Both the position numbers and the translations under genes were made by a program. Below the pieces are notes generated by a model. That model saw only the letters and a program-made list of their open reading frames with translations. It had not been told where the DNA came from and did not search any database. Positions 44,626 through 55,156 of a stretch of DNA of 64,000 nt are shown one piece after another (position 1 is the first letter of the stretch; every line of letters starts with the position of its first letter). Source of the DNA: an uncultured Holophagales bacterium (GTDB lineage: Bacteria > Acidobacteriota > Thermoanaerobaculia > Multivoradales > UBA5704). Location: assembly GCA_963842525.1 (NCBI GenBank), contig CAWJGT010000003.1:1600001-1664000 (forward strand), given 5' to 3'.

Positions 44626-47600
44626 GTGAATACGGACCGATACTACGCTTTTTTCAGCTACAACTCTCGCGATGGGGATCTCGTCGAGAAGATCGCTCGG
44701 GCCATCCGTGCTCACGGGCTGAGGATCTTTTTCGACCGCTGGGGTCTGAACCCGGGCAGGCTGTGGCGAGAGAAGCTTGAGGAGGTTCTGGATTCCTGCG
44801 GGGCCGCCGTGATCTTTGTAGGCCCTGGTGACATGGGAGAATGGCAGGTCAAGGAGATGGACTTCGCTCTTGACCGCCATGCACGGGATACAGCATCCTT
44901 CCTGGTCATTCCCGTTCTGTTGCCAGGCGCTAAGCCCCCTCGGGGCTTCCTAGCGCAATTCACGTGGCTAGATTTCCGTCGGGGAACCGACGATGCGGAG
45001 GCCATTCGGCGCCTTGCCGCCGCGATCCGGAGAGAGTTGCCTGGCTCCAATGTGCCAAACGATCTTGAGGAGATCTTGTGCCCTTATCGCGGCCTGCTCC
45101 CGTTTCGGGAGGAGGATGCTCCCTTTTTCTTCGGGCGTGAGGCATTTACAGAGCGCCTCATGGAGAAGGTCAGAGCACATACCTTCGTGGCGCTGGTTGG
45201 CCCTTCCGGTAGCGGGAAGTCGTCGGTCGTCCATGCAGGCCTGGTGCCGCAACTCCGCCAAGGCCTCGACGGGAAGGTCTGGGGTGCGGCGACGCTGCGG
45301 CCTGGCCGGCACCCGCTACACTCTCTAGCTGTAGCTCTAGTCCCCCTTCTGCACCCCGAGTCGCTAGATGATGAGCAGCTCCTCCAAAGGGGAGGCGCTG
45401 TAGCCAGAGCTATGCTGCGCGAGGAATTACTGCTTTCCAGTGTGATTAGGAGAATCCTTGCCAGGCAGCATGGGACCGACCGTTTGCTCCTGATCATTGA
45501 TCAGTGGGAAGAACTCTACACACTTAGCAACGAGGGCAGCGTTGAATGTCGCAGATTTGTTGAACAACTGCTCGAGGTGTCGCTTGAAGGCTCTCTCACA
45601 GTTCTTCTCACCCTTCGCGCCGATTTCTATCGCCCTGTTCTCGAGGATCGCAAACTTTCCGAGCGTCTCCAGGATCACGTTGTCCACGTGAGCTCGCTTG
45701 AGAGGGACGAAGCGCGGCGGGCGATGGAAGAGCCCGCGCGGAAAGTGGGCCTCGCGTTCGAAGGAGGCCTGGTCGAACAGATCCTCGACGACCTCGAGCA
45801 GCAGCCCGGCCAGCTCCCCTTGCTCGAGTTCGTTCTTGGCGAGCTGTGGAAACAGAGGCGCAACGGCTACTTGCTCGCAGAAAGCTATCGAGGTATGGGA
45901 GGGATCAAGGGAGCCATCGCCACGCGAGCCGACCAAGTACTTCGAGACTATCAGCTTCCCGAGCAGGATGTCCGGCGGCTCTTCATGCGGCTGGTCCGGC
46001 TGGAAGAGGATGCTCCTGACACTCGCCGGAAGGCCTCATTCGACGAGATCGGCGATGCCGAAAAGAGAGTTGCTGCTCCTCTGGTCGAGAACCGTTTGCT
46101 GATCACGAGCCAGGATCCCAGGACGGGCATGGAGACCGTCGAGGTGGCCCATGAGGCGCTGATCCGGAACTGGAAGCGGCTCCGCGGCTGGTTGAAGGAG
46201 GATAGGGCGTTCCTGCTTTGGCGTGAGAGGTTGGGCGCTGCCCTCGATGCTTGGGAAGCTAACAACAAAGCGGATAGGTACCTCCTCAATGAGGGTCCTC
46301 TTGCTGAGGCCGCTCGATGGATCCCGGGCCGCTTTGAAGATCTGTCCGAAGCGGAAAAGGAGCTCATAAATCATAGCCAGAGCCAGCAGGACAGGATAAG
46401 GCGGCAACGCGCCAGGATGAAAGTTTTGGTGAGCGTCGGAATCATTCTTTCGGTCCTATTAGTAGCCATCATTGTCCTCTACAACAGGCGGCGTAACGAG
46501 CTGAAGGCGAAGTTCCTCTTCTCCGAAGCTCGCCAGCTCCAGGGGAGGGCTCTCGACCGGGCCCTCCTCCTCGCTCTCGAGGCGCAGCGGCTCCATGATG
46601 CGCCGGAGGAGCGAGGACTGATCCCAACACTGCTCGAGCAGACTCCTTTCCTCGACTTCTTTCTCCCTTCGGACGGCCGAACCGTCTATCAGGTTGCCTT
46701 CAGCCCAGATGGCCGCTGGCTCGGAGGAGCGGGAGTGAGCCCTCCTGTTTTCTTCGATGCCCGATCCGGTCGTCGGCTCCCTCTCACGATCGGCGGCAGA
46801 GACGTCTTCGGCGTGGCGTTTGGCCCCGGCGGGAAAGCTGCCACGAGCAATCGGAAGACCATTCAGATGTGGGATCTTGCTACGGCGGAGCCCGGCCTCT
46901 CGATCCCTTTGACTTGGCGCGTCCGCAATCTCACTTTCAGTCCCAACGGCAGGTTGATTGCGGCGAGCCGGAACGAGGAGATACGACTGTGGGATACTGC
47001 CTCGGGGAAGCATTACGGTGCCCCCCTGGAGGTGGATGGACCCTGGGTTTCCGGTTTCGCTTTCAGCCCTGACGGCCGGACCCTCGCGGCCGCCGATGCC
47101 AGCGAGACCATCGAGCTTTGGGACGTAGCAACCGGCCGCACGATCCCTTCGGTTCAGAAGGCCGGCCAGTCATTCCTGAGCGTCGCTTTCAGTCCGGACG
47201 GCCGTCGCTTGGTGTCAGGAGAGGGCGGGGGCAAGCTACGGCTGTGGGACGCGTTCTCCGTCCGACCGCTAGGGGAGTCCTGTGCCGGTCACAGCGGCGA
47301 CGTGCTGGACGTGGCGTTCGAACTCGATTTCCAGAGACGGGGTCTGGACGCTCGCTTCCGCGGGCAGTGACGGAAGAATCTTCCTATGGGATGTTCCGGC
47401 AGGCGAAGGAAGTGAATGGAACGCTTCGAACTGTACGCCGCGCGCCGCCCTCACAGGGCACGGAGGGACTGTTTGGAGCCTCGCGTTCGGGAGGGATGGG
47501 CTGCTGCTTTCCGGCGGAGAAAACAAGGGCCTCATACTTTGGCGGCTCTCGCGAGTCCCGCGCCTGGCCCAGCCGCTGCCCGGCCCCGAGGGCCTGCGTA

Positions 47601-48586
47601 GCTTCGCCTATAGTCCGGATGGCCGGTGGATCGCGGCAGGAACGAGCAATGGCGAACTGGCCTTGTGGGATGCGCGCAACCTGATGCAGCCCACAGTCGT
47701 CCAGGCACATCGAAGTGAAACGACTTCCATCGCCTTCCGGCAGGATGGTGCGATGATCGCGTGCGGCGACAAATCCGGTCGGGTCCTTGTGTGGGATCTG
47801 GCCAGCGGTCTACGTCGCCAGCCGGAGCGTTCGTTTGTGCCTTCGGACCTGGATGCAGTCCAGGGAGTTTGGAGTGTGGCGTTCGATCCGGAAGGGGCTC
47901 GGCTTGCGGTCGGGTTCGGCAATGGGCTGATCCGCATCTGGGATGTCAACACCGGCGTGGTGCTCCATGACCTCTATGGCCATTCGCAGAGTCTTATCTC
48001 GAGCCTTGCATTCAGCCGAGATGGGCGACAATTGGTTGCAGGCGGTGATGATCGCCACGTCCACATCTGGGACCTCACGACCTTGAAGGAGGCCCAGTCA
48101 CACCTTGAAGGCCACAGCCAGGCCGTCGGAGCTCTTGCATTCAGCCGGGATGGGCACCTTCTTGCCTCCTCTGGTTCGGACAAGATCATCCAGATCTGGG
48201 ACGTGCGCGGCGGCTATTCGAAGCTGGGGCCCCCTCTCGTCGGACCCGAGGACATCGTGGCAGGAGTGGCCTTCAGCCCCGATGGGAAGACGCTTGCGGC
48301 CGTCAGCCTCGACGGCTCGATCTTTCTTTGGAACGTGGATTCAAGGTCACCCATCGTGTCGAGCCTGAGGGGCAGAGAGGGGGCCGTGGCCTTGAGCTTC
48401 GATCCGACCGGCGATCGGTTGGTGACCGCGGACAGCCAGGGATTGCTGCTTTGGGACCTCCGATTCGAGAGCTGGCGAAAGCTGGCATGTGCAACGGTAC
48501 GAAGGAACCTCACGAAGGACGAATGGAGAGAGTACATGGAGAATGCGCCGTACCGGAAGACCTGCCCAGATTTCCCGGAAGGTTGA
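44626..48586 (+). CDS. TIR - STAND (nSTAND1-like) NTPase - TM - WD40 repeat protein (frameshift ~47320)
   Basis: AFFSYNSRD TIR with WQVKE, CPYRGL..F, GPSGSGKSS, IIDQWEE, EVAHEAL, TM, WD40 repeats, C-terminal C...RNLT..EW...PY..TC. Confidence 0.9.
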
Positions 48587-48595
48587 ACGGACGGC

Positions 48596-48624
48596 TTGAC
48601 GACAGTCATGCACATGAGTAAGCT
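48596..48624 (+). promoter_or_regulatory. Putative sigma70 promoter of precursor 1 with palindrome in spacer
   Basis: TTGACG-17 bp-TAAGCT; spacer contains TCATG-CA-CATGA. Confidence 0.4.
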
Positions 48625-48759
48625 GTCTCCAGTTTCAATTCATTGCTTGCGATCACCTCACAGGCGCCCGTCTCAACTTGTCTCCACGCTCGGGAGGGGG
48701 CTCTTATTGCAGCCATCTCCGCGACGATGGACTTTTAACCTATGGAAAGGAGGGGTTTC

Positions 48760-48972
48760 ATGCGGAAGGCAGTGATGGGTCAGGAGGAGTCGGACGGCTT
48801 GCGCCAGCGGCGGGTGCTGGCGAGAATCCTGGCAGAGGACTTGCGGAAGGCTCGGGGGAGCCAGGAGCACTGGGGGAGTCCGAGGGTCTCCCTCCTGGCT
48901 TCGGGGACGCCCACGGATGTGGACTCCGAGCCGGACTACACCTGGCGGGGATCTGACGGGGACACCACGTAG
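48760..48972 (+). CDS. RiPP precursor peptide 1 (70 aa)
   Basis: AGGAGG RBS; leader RVLARILAEDLRKARGS; C-terminal DYTWRGSDGD; homologous to the 50458 peptide; adjacent to ATP-grasp gene. Confidence 0.8.
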   Translation: MRKAVMGQEESDGLRQRRVLARILAEDLRKARGSQEHWGSPRVSLLASGTPTDVDSEPDYTWRGSDGDTT

Positions 48973-49050
48973 GCCAGAATGGTGCGATACCGGGGCGGGC
49001 ATGCCGCCAGATGCGGCTTGCCCGCCCTGATGCACCCCGGATCTTCTACT

Positions 49051-50199
49051 ATGAACCGAAACAGATCCGTCCTGATTCTCACTGAATGCGGAGATGTCCA
49101 TGCCTATGCCGTGGCTGCAGCGCTCGAGCGAAAGGGGGCGACCGTCGTGCTCTGGCACACCGCAGATTTTCCGACGCAGGCCGGCGAGACAATCCGTTTC
49201 GAGCACGGCAAGATGACGCTGTGCGCACGCAGCCGCGCCATCCACCTGTCGGATTTCACCTTCGACACCGTCTGGCACCGGCGCCCGACCTACGTCATCG
49301 ACGAGAGCCGCCTCCATCCTGCGGACCGAGAGTTCGCTGAGTCGGAGTGCAACGTCTTCCGCCGCTCTGTGTTTTCCCTCATCGCGCCAGAAGCCTTTTG
49401 GGTCAACCATCCCGATGCAGCGACCCGCGCAGGGCGAAAACCGGTCCAGCACGCGGTGGCCCTCGAAGTCGGCTTTTCCACACCTGCCACGGTATATACC
49501 AACGACCCGGAAGAGATCCGTGATTTCATCGCCCGCCACGGCGGCAGGATCGTCTACAAGCCCTTCCGGGGTTATTCGTGGAAGGATGAGGAGTCCTACT
49601 ATCTCCCCTACACGAGCCTGCTCACGGCAGACCAGCTCGTCGGCGATGACCTGCTGCGGGCGGTTCCCGGCATCTATCAGGAGCTGGTTGCGAAAGATCA
49701 TGAGCTGCGCGTGACGGTCATCGGCGAACGTGTTTTCGCGGCCAAGATCCTCTCCCAGGCGACGTCATCCGGGCGCCTGGATTGGCGGAAGTCCTATCAC
49801 GAGCTCCGCATGGAGGCCTGCAACATCTCGTCCGAGCTGGCCGACGGCTGCCGTGCGATGCTGCGCCGCCTGGGCCTTGTCTTCGGGTGCTTCGACTTCA
49901 TCATTACTCCTGACGGCCAGCCGATCTTCCTTGAGGTCAATGAGGCCGGCCAATTCCTGTTTGTCGAGCAGTACACGGCTCAGCCATTGCTCGACGCCTT
50001 CACCGAGTTCCTGATGCAGGCGCGGCCCGACTTCGATTGGGCACCTACCTGTAGCTCCATCACCTACTCCGAGGTACAGGACTCGGTCCGTCGGCTGGAG
50101 GCAAGGTTCGCAGAGCGTCACATTGCCTCCCCCGACCGGGCTGTCTGGGAGGGTTCGGGACCTCGAGAGCCCTTGCAGAGGCGGGTGGCTCGTGCATAG
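49051..50199 (+). CDS. ATP-grasp peptide maturase (MvdC/MvdD-like, graspetide type)
   Basis: DVHAYAV, VWHRRP, FWVNHP, KPVQ, TNDP, VYKPF, PGIYQE, ELRVTVIG, DWR, GLVFGCFDFI, FLEVNEAGQFLFVE. Confidence 0.9.
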   Translation: MNRNRSVLILTECGDVHAYAVAAALERKGATVVLWHTADFPTQAGETIRFEHGKMTLCARSRAIHLSDFTFDTVWHRRPTYVIDESRLHPADREFAESECNVFRRSVFSLIAPEAFWVNHPDAATRAGRKPVQHAVALEVGFSTPATVYTNDPEEIRDFIARHGGRIVYKPFRGYSWKDEESYYLPYTSLLTADQLVGDDLLRAVPGIYQELVAKDHELRVTVIGERVFAAKILSQATSSGRLDWRKSYHELRMEACNISSELADGCRAMLRRLGLVFGCFDFIITPDGQPIFLEVNEAGQFLFVEQYTAQPLLDAFTEFLMQARPDFDWAPTCSSITYSEVQDSVRRLEARFAERHIASPDRAVWEGSGPREPLQRRVARA

Positions 50200-50236
50200 A
50201 CGGGGCGCTTTTCTTTATGCGCTCATGCCCATAGGA

Positions 50237-50264
50237 TTGATGCCTAAACAAACTGTGGTATGAT
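50237..50264 (+). promoter_or_regulatory. Putative sigma70 promoter (extended -10) of precursor 2
   Basis: TTGATG-16 bp-TATGAT with TGTG upstream of the -10. Confidence 0.5.
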
Positions 50265-50457
50265 GGTTTCTCTAAAGGTAGCCGTCACGGAGCAAAGAGG
50301 CCGGATCAACCGGAAACCTGGAAGCGTCGGCGGGTCGGACAGTGTTGCTCTCAATTCTCTCCTCCCTTTCTCTTGCCTGTTCCTCCTTCCCTTTGGCTGC
50401 CGGACTGTGTCGCCCCGTCCGCGCCGCGGACCTTCCTCGACCTACAGGAGGTGAGAG

Positions 50458-50649
50458 ATGCGTAAGTCGGATCTGGACGAAGTGGCCGAATCGAGTCGGG
50501 AGAGAGTCCTTGCACGGGTGTTGGCCGAAGACCTGAGGAGGGTGCGCGGACGCGCAAACCACGTCTTACTTGCCTCAACCTATAGTGAGACCGCCCCGCC
50601 ACCAGGTCGTGACATCACGAATGTCGGCAGCGATGGAGACCTCTACTGA
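50458..50649 (+). CDS. RiPP precursor peptide 2 (63 aa)
   Basis: AGGAGGT RBS; leader RVLARVLAEDLRRVRGR; C-terminal DITNVGSDGD. Confidence 0.82.
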   Translation: MRKSDLDEVAESSRERVLARVLAEDLRRVRGRANHVLLASTYSETAPPPGRDITNVGSDGDLY

Positions 50650-50668
50650 TCGGACGGGAGGCAAACCC

Positions 50669-51598
50669 ATGATACCAGGTATCATACTGCGCCTCACCGT
50701 CCTGACGCTCTGCTTCGCGTGCAGCGGCTCCATGCATGAAGGTATGGGGATTGGCCCGGGCCTGCGTGGGGCATGGCAGGAGCAAGGAGAAGAGCGTTTC
50801 CTGCATATCCAGAAAGACCAAATCATCGAATTCACCAACCAGGAGGGCCTCAAGGTACGAGGTTTCATCAGATGGGAGCAGGACCATCTTGTGCTGCGCC
50901 GGTCGGGCCGCGAAGAGAAATGGACGCCTTCCCTACAGCGCGGCAGGCTCCGCCTGGACGGCCCGGAGGGGACTCACATCTTTGTCCGTTTGGATGAGGT
51001 TCCCCCGGAGGTGGAGCTCAAACCGCTGGTGCTCGGCGATTCGAGCCGTCCCCTCTCACCCGAACGAGCACAGGCTATTCAGGCGGAGATCGAAGGTCGC
51101 TTCCGAGCCGAGCAGGAGCTGTTCCGCGCCATCCGGAGGAATCGCGAACTCCGCCCAGAGGCCGACCGGCTCAAACGCGAGAACCTAGCCTATCTGCGCA
51201 TCCTCCTCGGCGACGTAGGCTGGATCGATGCCGCTCGCTTCGGTGCCAAATCCTCCGTCTACACGGTCATCCTCGCCAAGCACACGGGAGATCTCCGTCT
51301 GATGATGACCATTCTTCCGCTGGCGGAGAAAGACCTCAAGAATTCCGAGGAGGGCCAGACGTACGCCGTCCTCTATGATGCCCTCCAACTCGACCTCGGC
51401 CACAAACAGCTCTATGGCACGCAAATCGCCGAGGATGAGCATGGACAACCCTACGTGCTGCCCTTCGAGGGTTCGGAAGCGAGTGTCGAACAGCGTCTGC
51501 GCGAGATAGGGCTTCCTTCATTTGCCGAGTACCGCAACCAGGTGGGCGAGGCCCTTTACCCTGGTAAGCGAGTCCGGCTCGCCCGCAGCGACGGCTGA
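50669..51598 (+). CDS. Putative lipoprotein with DUF6624-like C-terminal domain
   Basis: LCFAC lipobox-like; N..YL....GW...FG, YAVLYD, QLYGTQ, RLREIGLP. Confidence 0.6.
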   Translation: MIPGIILRLTVLTLCFACSGSMHEGMGIGPGLRGAWQEQGEERFLHIQKDQIIEFTNQEGLKVRGFIRWEQDHLVLRRSGREEKWTPSLQRGRLRLDGPEGTHIFVRLDEVPPEVELKPLVLGDSSRPLSPERAQAIQAEIEGRFRAEQELFRAIRRNRELRPEADRLKRENLAYLRILLGDVGWIDAARFGAKSSVYTVILAKHTGDLRLMMTILPLAEKDLKNSEEGQTYAVLYDALQLDLGHKQLYGTQIAEDEHGQPYVLPFEGSEASVEQRLREIGLPSFAEYRNQVGEALYPGKRVRLARSDG

Positions 51599-51612
51599 CT
51601 CCTTTCGTTCCA

Positions 51613-51641
51613 TGCCCGGGCCCGTCACCGAGGCCCGGGCA
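51613..51641. terminator. GC-rich hairpin between convergent genes
   Basis: TGCCCGGGCC...GGCCCGGGCA; no clear U-tract. Confidence 0.4.
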
Positions 51642-51704
51642 CCATATATGGCCTCCAAGTCCTGGGAGGCAGGGCGGCCGGCAATTCGGCCGCTGGCGCC
51701 CCCT

Positions 51705-52631
51705 CTACGCGCTCACCGCCCGTACGAAATCCGGGCTCAGGTCCCGCCGGCCAAGCTCACGGCTCTGGAGCTGCTTGCCCTGGCCGGTGCGTAACGTGCC
51801 GAGGAGATAGCCGGCGCGGCACTTCGGGCAGCCTACGACGCTTACGGCGATGCGGACCGGCAGCTTGTCGATCTCCTTCTTCTGCGGCGCGTGCTCGGCG
51901 AAGAGGGCTCGGAAACCGTCGAGGTCTCCGCCGTACGCTTTGTCTCCGGCCGTCGCGAGGAGGGTGGTCCCACGCTGGAAGGCTGCCTCCTGGGTGGCCT
52001 GGTAGGTGGCCTGGGCCGCAACGTCCTTCTTGCGGATCTTCTCGGCCTTGACGCTTGCCGGCAGGAGGCCGGCGTCCCGCGACTTCATGTACGTGCGGCA
52101 GGAATCGCAGTAGGGGAGGGCCTTCATCGCCAGGGGCGCGATGAGGCTGCCGGCGCAGAAGCCGGCGATCTCCAGGAGGCGGAACCCGTAGCCCCAGACC
52201 CCCAGCGGCTCGCCGGACGAGCCGTCGTCCTTCTGCCAGGCGAACGAGCGGGCGGCGAAGTCGAAGTAGGTGAGGAAGCCCACCGGCGTGCCGTCTTCAT
52301 ACTGCAGGCCGAGGCCGCGGAACTCGATGTACTGACCGACGAAGTAGGCGCCGATCTGGAGCAGGACGACCGTCCAGAGGAGCGACTTCGTGATCTTCTC
52401 CCCGGTGACCCGGGACGCGACCCCGTAGCCGCTCGACGCCACCAGGCCCACCAGCAAGGCTCCGATGGGCAGGACATAGTTCGCGTACCAGCCCATGACG
52501 TGGAAGTCTTCCGTGAAGCGGTCCAGCGCCCAGACGGCCAGCAGGGCGAGGGCCGTCGTCGCCAGGCCGCTCAGGATGACTGCCATCCGGCGATCCTGCG
52601 CCGGCTCGATCGGGCGAGCCATCGGATCCAT
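51705..52631 (-). CDS. Hypothetical membrane protein with two CxxC pairs
   Basis: Four TM helices, CDSC and CPKC (possible zinc ribbon). Confidence 0.7.
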   Translation of the reverse strand: MDPMARPIEPAQDRRMAVILSGLATTALALLAVWALDRFTEDFHVMGWYANYVLPIGALLVGLVASSGYGVASRVTGEKITKSLLWTVVLLQIGAYFVGQYIEFRGLGLQYEDGTPVGFLTYFDFAARSFAWQKDDGSSGEPLGVWGYGFRLLEIAGFCAGSLIAPLAMKALPYCDSCRTYMKSRDAGLLPASVKAEKIRKKDVAAQATYQATQEAAFQRGTTLLATAGDKAYGGDLDGFRALFAEHAPQKKEIDKLPVRIAVSVVGCPKCRAGYLLGTLRTGQGKQLQSRELGRRDLSPDFVRAVSA

Positions 52632-52735
52632 AAACGCCTCCTTCGCCAACGGGATTGTTTGAAGCGGATGGTAGCATGGACGGCGTTCCATAGGGGCTGT
52701 CATGATGCCGGCATTTACGATCGCCTGACCTGCCA

Positions 52736-53698
52736 ATGCCTGACCGCGGCTCCCTCCGTCCCCATCTCATCCTTCCCGTCGGCACGCAGGTCGTGAGCCG
52801 GGTCGAGGTGCGCGATGCCCGCGGCACGGTGCTCTGCCCGGCTGGGGCGGTAGGGGAGGTCGTCAAGGCGCCGGCTGATGGCACGCATTCCTACCGGGTG
52901 CGCCTGCCGGACGGCCGCGAGGTGTCGCTTCAGCGACAAAGCCTCTCGATCCACAAGCACACGCAGAGGCATGATCTGGAGGCCGAGGGGGCGGCGCTCG
53001 CCGAGCACGAGCTGTGGAATTACGTGATCTACCGCTGCGTCGTGGGGTCCGCAGGCGTACGGCCTTGCCGGCGAGGGCTCGGACATCGATCGCCGCGGTT
53101 TCTTCCTGCCGCCGGCCGAGCTGCACTGGTCGCTCTACGGCGTGCCGGAGCAGCTCGACAACGAGGAGGCGCAGGAGAGCTGCTGGGAGATTCAAAAATT
53201 CGTGACGATGGCCCTCAAGGCGAACCCCAATGTGATCGAATGCCTGTACACGCCCCTGGTCGAGCTGTGCACGCCGCTGGCCGGCGAGCTGATCGAGAAC
53301 CGCTCGCGCTTCCTCTCGAAGATGATCTATCAGACCTACAACGGTTATGTGCTGTCGCAATTCAAGAAGCTGGAGCAGGACATCCGGACGACGGGTTCCC
53401 TCAAGTGGAAGCACGCCATGCACCTGATCCGCTTGTTGCTGGCCGGAATTGCCGGTCTTGCCGAAGGGCACATCCCGGTGCGGGTGGAAGGCGGGCTTCG
53501 TGATCGGCTCCTTGCGATCAAGCGGGGTGAGGTCCCGTGGGCAGAGGTGAACACCTGGCGGCTCGATCTCCACCGGCGCTTCGAGGAGGCTTTCGCGGCC
53601 ACGAAGCTGCCGGACCGGCCGGACTACCGGTGGGCCAACGACTACTTGATCCGGGCGCGGCGGAGCGCGGTGGGAACGCGGGATCGTCGTGCGCCTGA
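52736..53698 (+). CDS. Pol-beta-like nucleotidyltransferase (YcgL/RlaP-like), frameshifted ~53052; end approximate
   Basis: VVGS.AYGLA...SDIDRRG, ALKANPN.IECL, WKHAMHLIRLL, LLAIKRG, LPDRPD. Confidence 0.8.
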
Positions 53699-55041
53699 CC
53701 CTTCCCGAGCTGTCCCTGGTCGTCCTCGTCGGCCCCTCCGGATGCGGAAAATCGACATTCGCGGCGCAGCATTTCAAGCCGACGGAAGTCCTGTCCTCCG
53801 ACCGCTGCCGCGCCTGGGTGTCGGACGACGAGTTGGATCAGACGGCGACAGTGGATGCTTTCGAGGTTCTGCACTTCATCGCAGGCAAACGCCTCATCCG
53901 CGGACGGCTGACGGTGGTGGATGCCACCAATGTGCAGCCGCGGGCCCGCAAGCCGCTGATCGATCTCGCCCGCCAGCATCACGTGCCGGCCGTGGCCATC
54001 GTCTTCGAGATCCCGGAGAGCGTCTGCCAGGAGCGTAACCGGGTACGCACGGACCGCAACATCGAGCCGTACGTCATCCACAACCAGCGCAATGATCTGC
54101 GCCGCTCGCTCCCGCGGCTCCAGGAGGAGGGCTTTCGTCACATCTATGTCCTCCGGTCACCGGAGGAGGTGGCGGCCGTCTCCATCGAACGCCAGCCGCT
54201 GCGGCCCAACCGGAAGCACGATCGCGGGCCTTTCGACCTGATCGGCGACATCCACGGCTGTGCCGACGAGTTGGAGGATTTGCTCGCGTCTCTCGGCTAC
54301 CTCCCGGACGGCCCCGGCGGCGTTTGGCGGCACCCGGAAGGACGCAAGGCGGTTTTCCTGGGCGATCTGGTGGACCGCGGTCCTCGTGTCCCCGCTGTGC
54401 TGCGCATCGTCATGGACATGGTCGCGGCGGGAACGGCCCTGTCCGTCCCCGGCAATCACGATTTCAAGCTCAAGCGCTACCTCCAGGGAAAGAGGGTGAC
54501 GGTCAAGCATGGGCTGGAGCAGTCGCTGGAGCAGCTCGAGGAGGAGACGCCGGATTTTCGCAACCGGGTCCGTGATTTCCTGGATGGTCTGGTGAGCCAC
54601 TATGTGCTCGACGGCGGACGGCTCGTAGCGGCGCACGCCGGGATGAAGGAGGAGATGCAGGGGCGGTCTTCCGGCCGGGTCTTCGACTTCGCCCTCTTCG
54701 GCGAGACGACCGGCGAGATGGACGAATTCGGCCTGCCGGTCCGCGCCAACTGGGCGGCCGAGTACCGCGGGTCCGCGGCAGTGGTCTATGGCCACACGCC
54801 GGTGCGCGAGCCGGAATGGCTCAACCGGACGATCAACATCGATACCGGCTGCGTCTTTGGCGGCCGGCTGACAGTGCTGCGCTGGCCCGAGCGCGAGCTG
54901 ATCTCGGTACCGGCCCGGCAGGCCTATGCCGCGCCCCGGCGGCCTTTCCTGGAAGTCCCTGAGGAGGCCCTGACGGCACAGCGCGTGGATGAGGTGCTCG
55001 ATCGGGCGCTGGAGAGCGAGCCGGTCGATCCACGGCTGTAG
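53689..55041 (+). CDS. Polynucleotide kinase-phosphatase lacking the ligase domain
   Basis: GPSGCGKST, VDATN kinase; GDIHG, GDLVDRG, GNHD, YGHTP, IDTG phosphoesterase; ends LESEPVDPRL. Confidence 0.9.
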   Translation: MRLTLPELSLVVLVGPSGCGKSTFAAQHFKPTEVLSSDRCRAWVSDDELDQTATVDAFEVLHFIAGKRLIRGRLTVVDATNVQPRARKPLIDLARQHHVPAVAIVFEIPESVCQERNRVRTDRNIEPYVIHNQRNDLRRSLPRLQEEGFRHIYVLRSPEEVAAVSIERQPLRPNRKHDRGPFDLIGDIHGCADELEDLLASLGYLPDGPGGVWRHPEGRKAVFLGDLVDRGPRVPAVLRIVMDMVAAGTALSVPGNHDFKLKRYLQGKRVTVKHGLEQSLEQLEEETPDFRNRVRDFLDGLVSHYVLDGGRLVAAHAGMKEEMQGRSSGRVFDFALFGETTGEMDEFGLPVRANWAAEYRGSAAVVYGHTPVREPEWLNRTINIDTGCVFGGRLTVLRWPERELISVPARQAYAAPRRPFLEVPEEALTAQRVDEVLDRALESEPVDPRL

Positions 55042-55066
55042 GGCGCCCGAGTGAACCCGGCTTCAA

Positions 55067-55114
55067 GCCCCATTTATGGGGCGCTGTTGCTAGCCCGGCG
55101 ATTCATCGCCGGGC
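55067..55114. repeat. Two short palindromes (REP-like or terminator)
   Basis: GCCCCAT-TT-ATGGGGC and GCCCGGCGAT-TC-ATCGCCGGGC. Confidence 0.55.
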
Positions 55115-55156
55115 CTCGGTTTCCCTCCGACCCCTTCGCGTGTCTAGACTGATGCT

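Noticed and set aside
50255-50270. Sigma54 promoter TGGTAT-N5-TTTCT before precursor 2
   Set aside because: Lacks the invariant GC at -12; a sigma70 reading fits better
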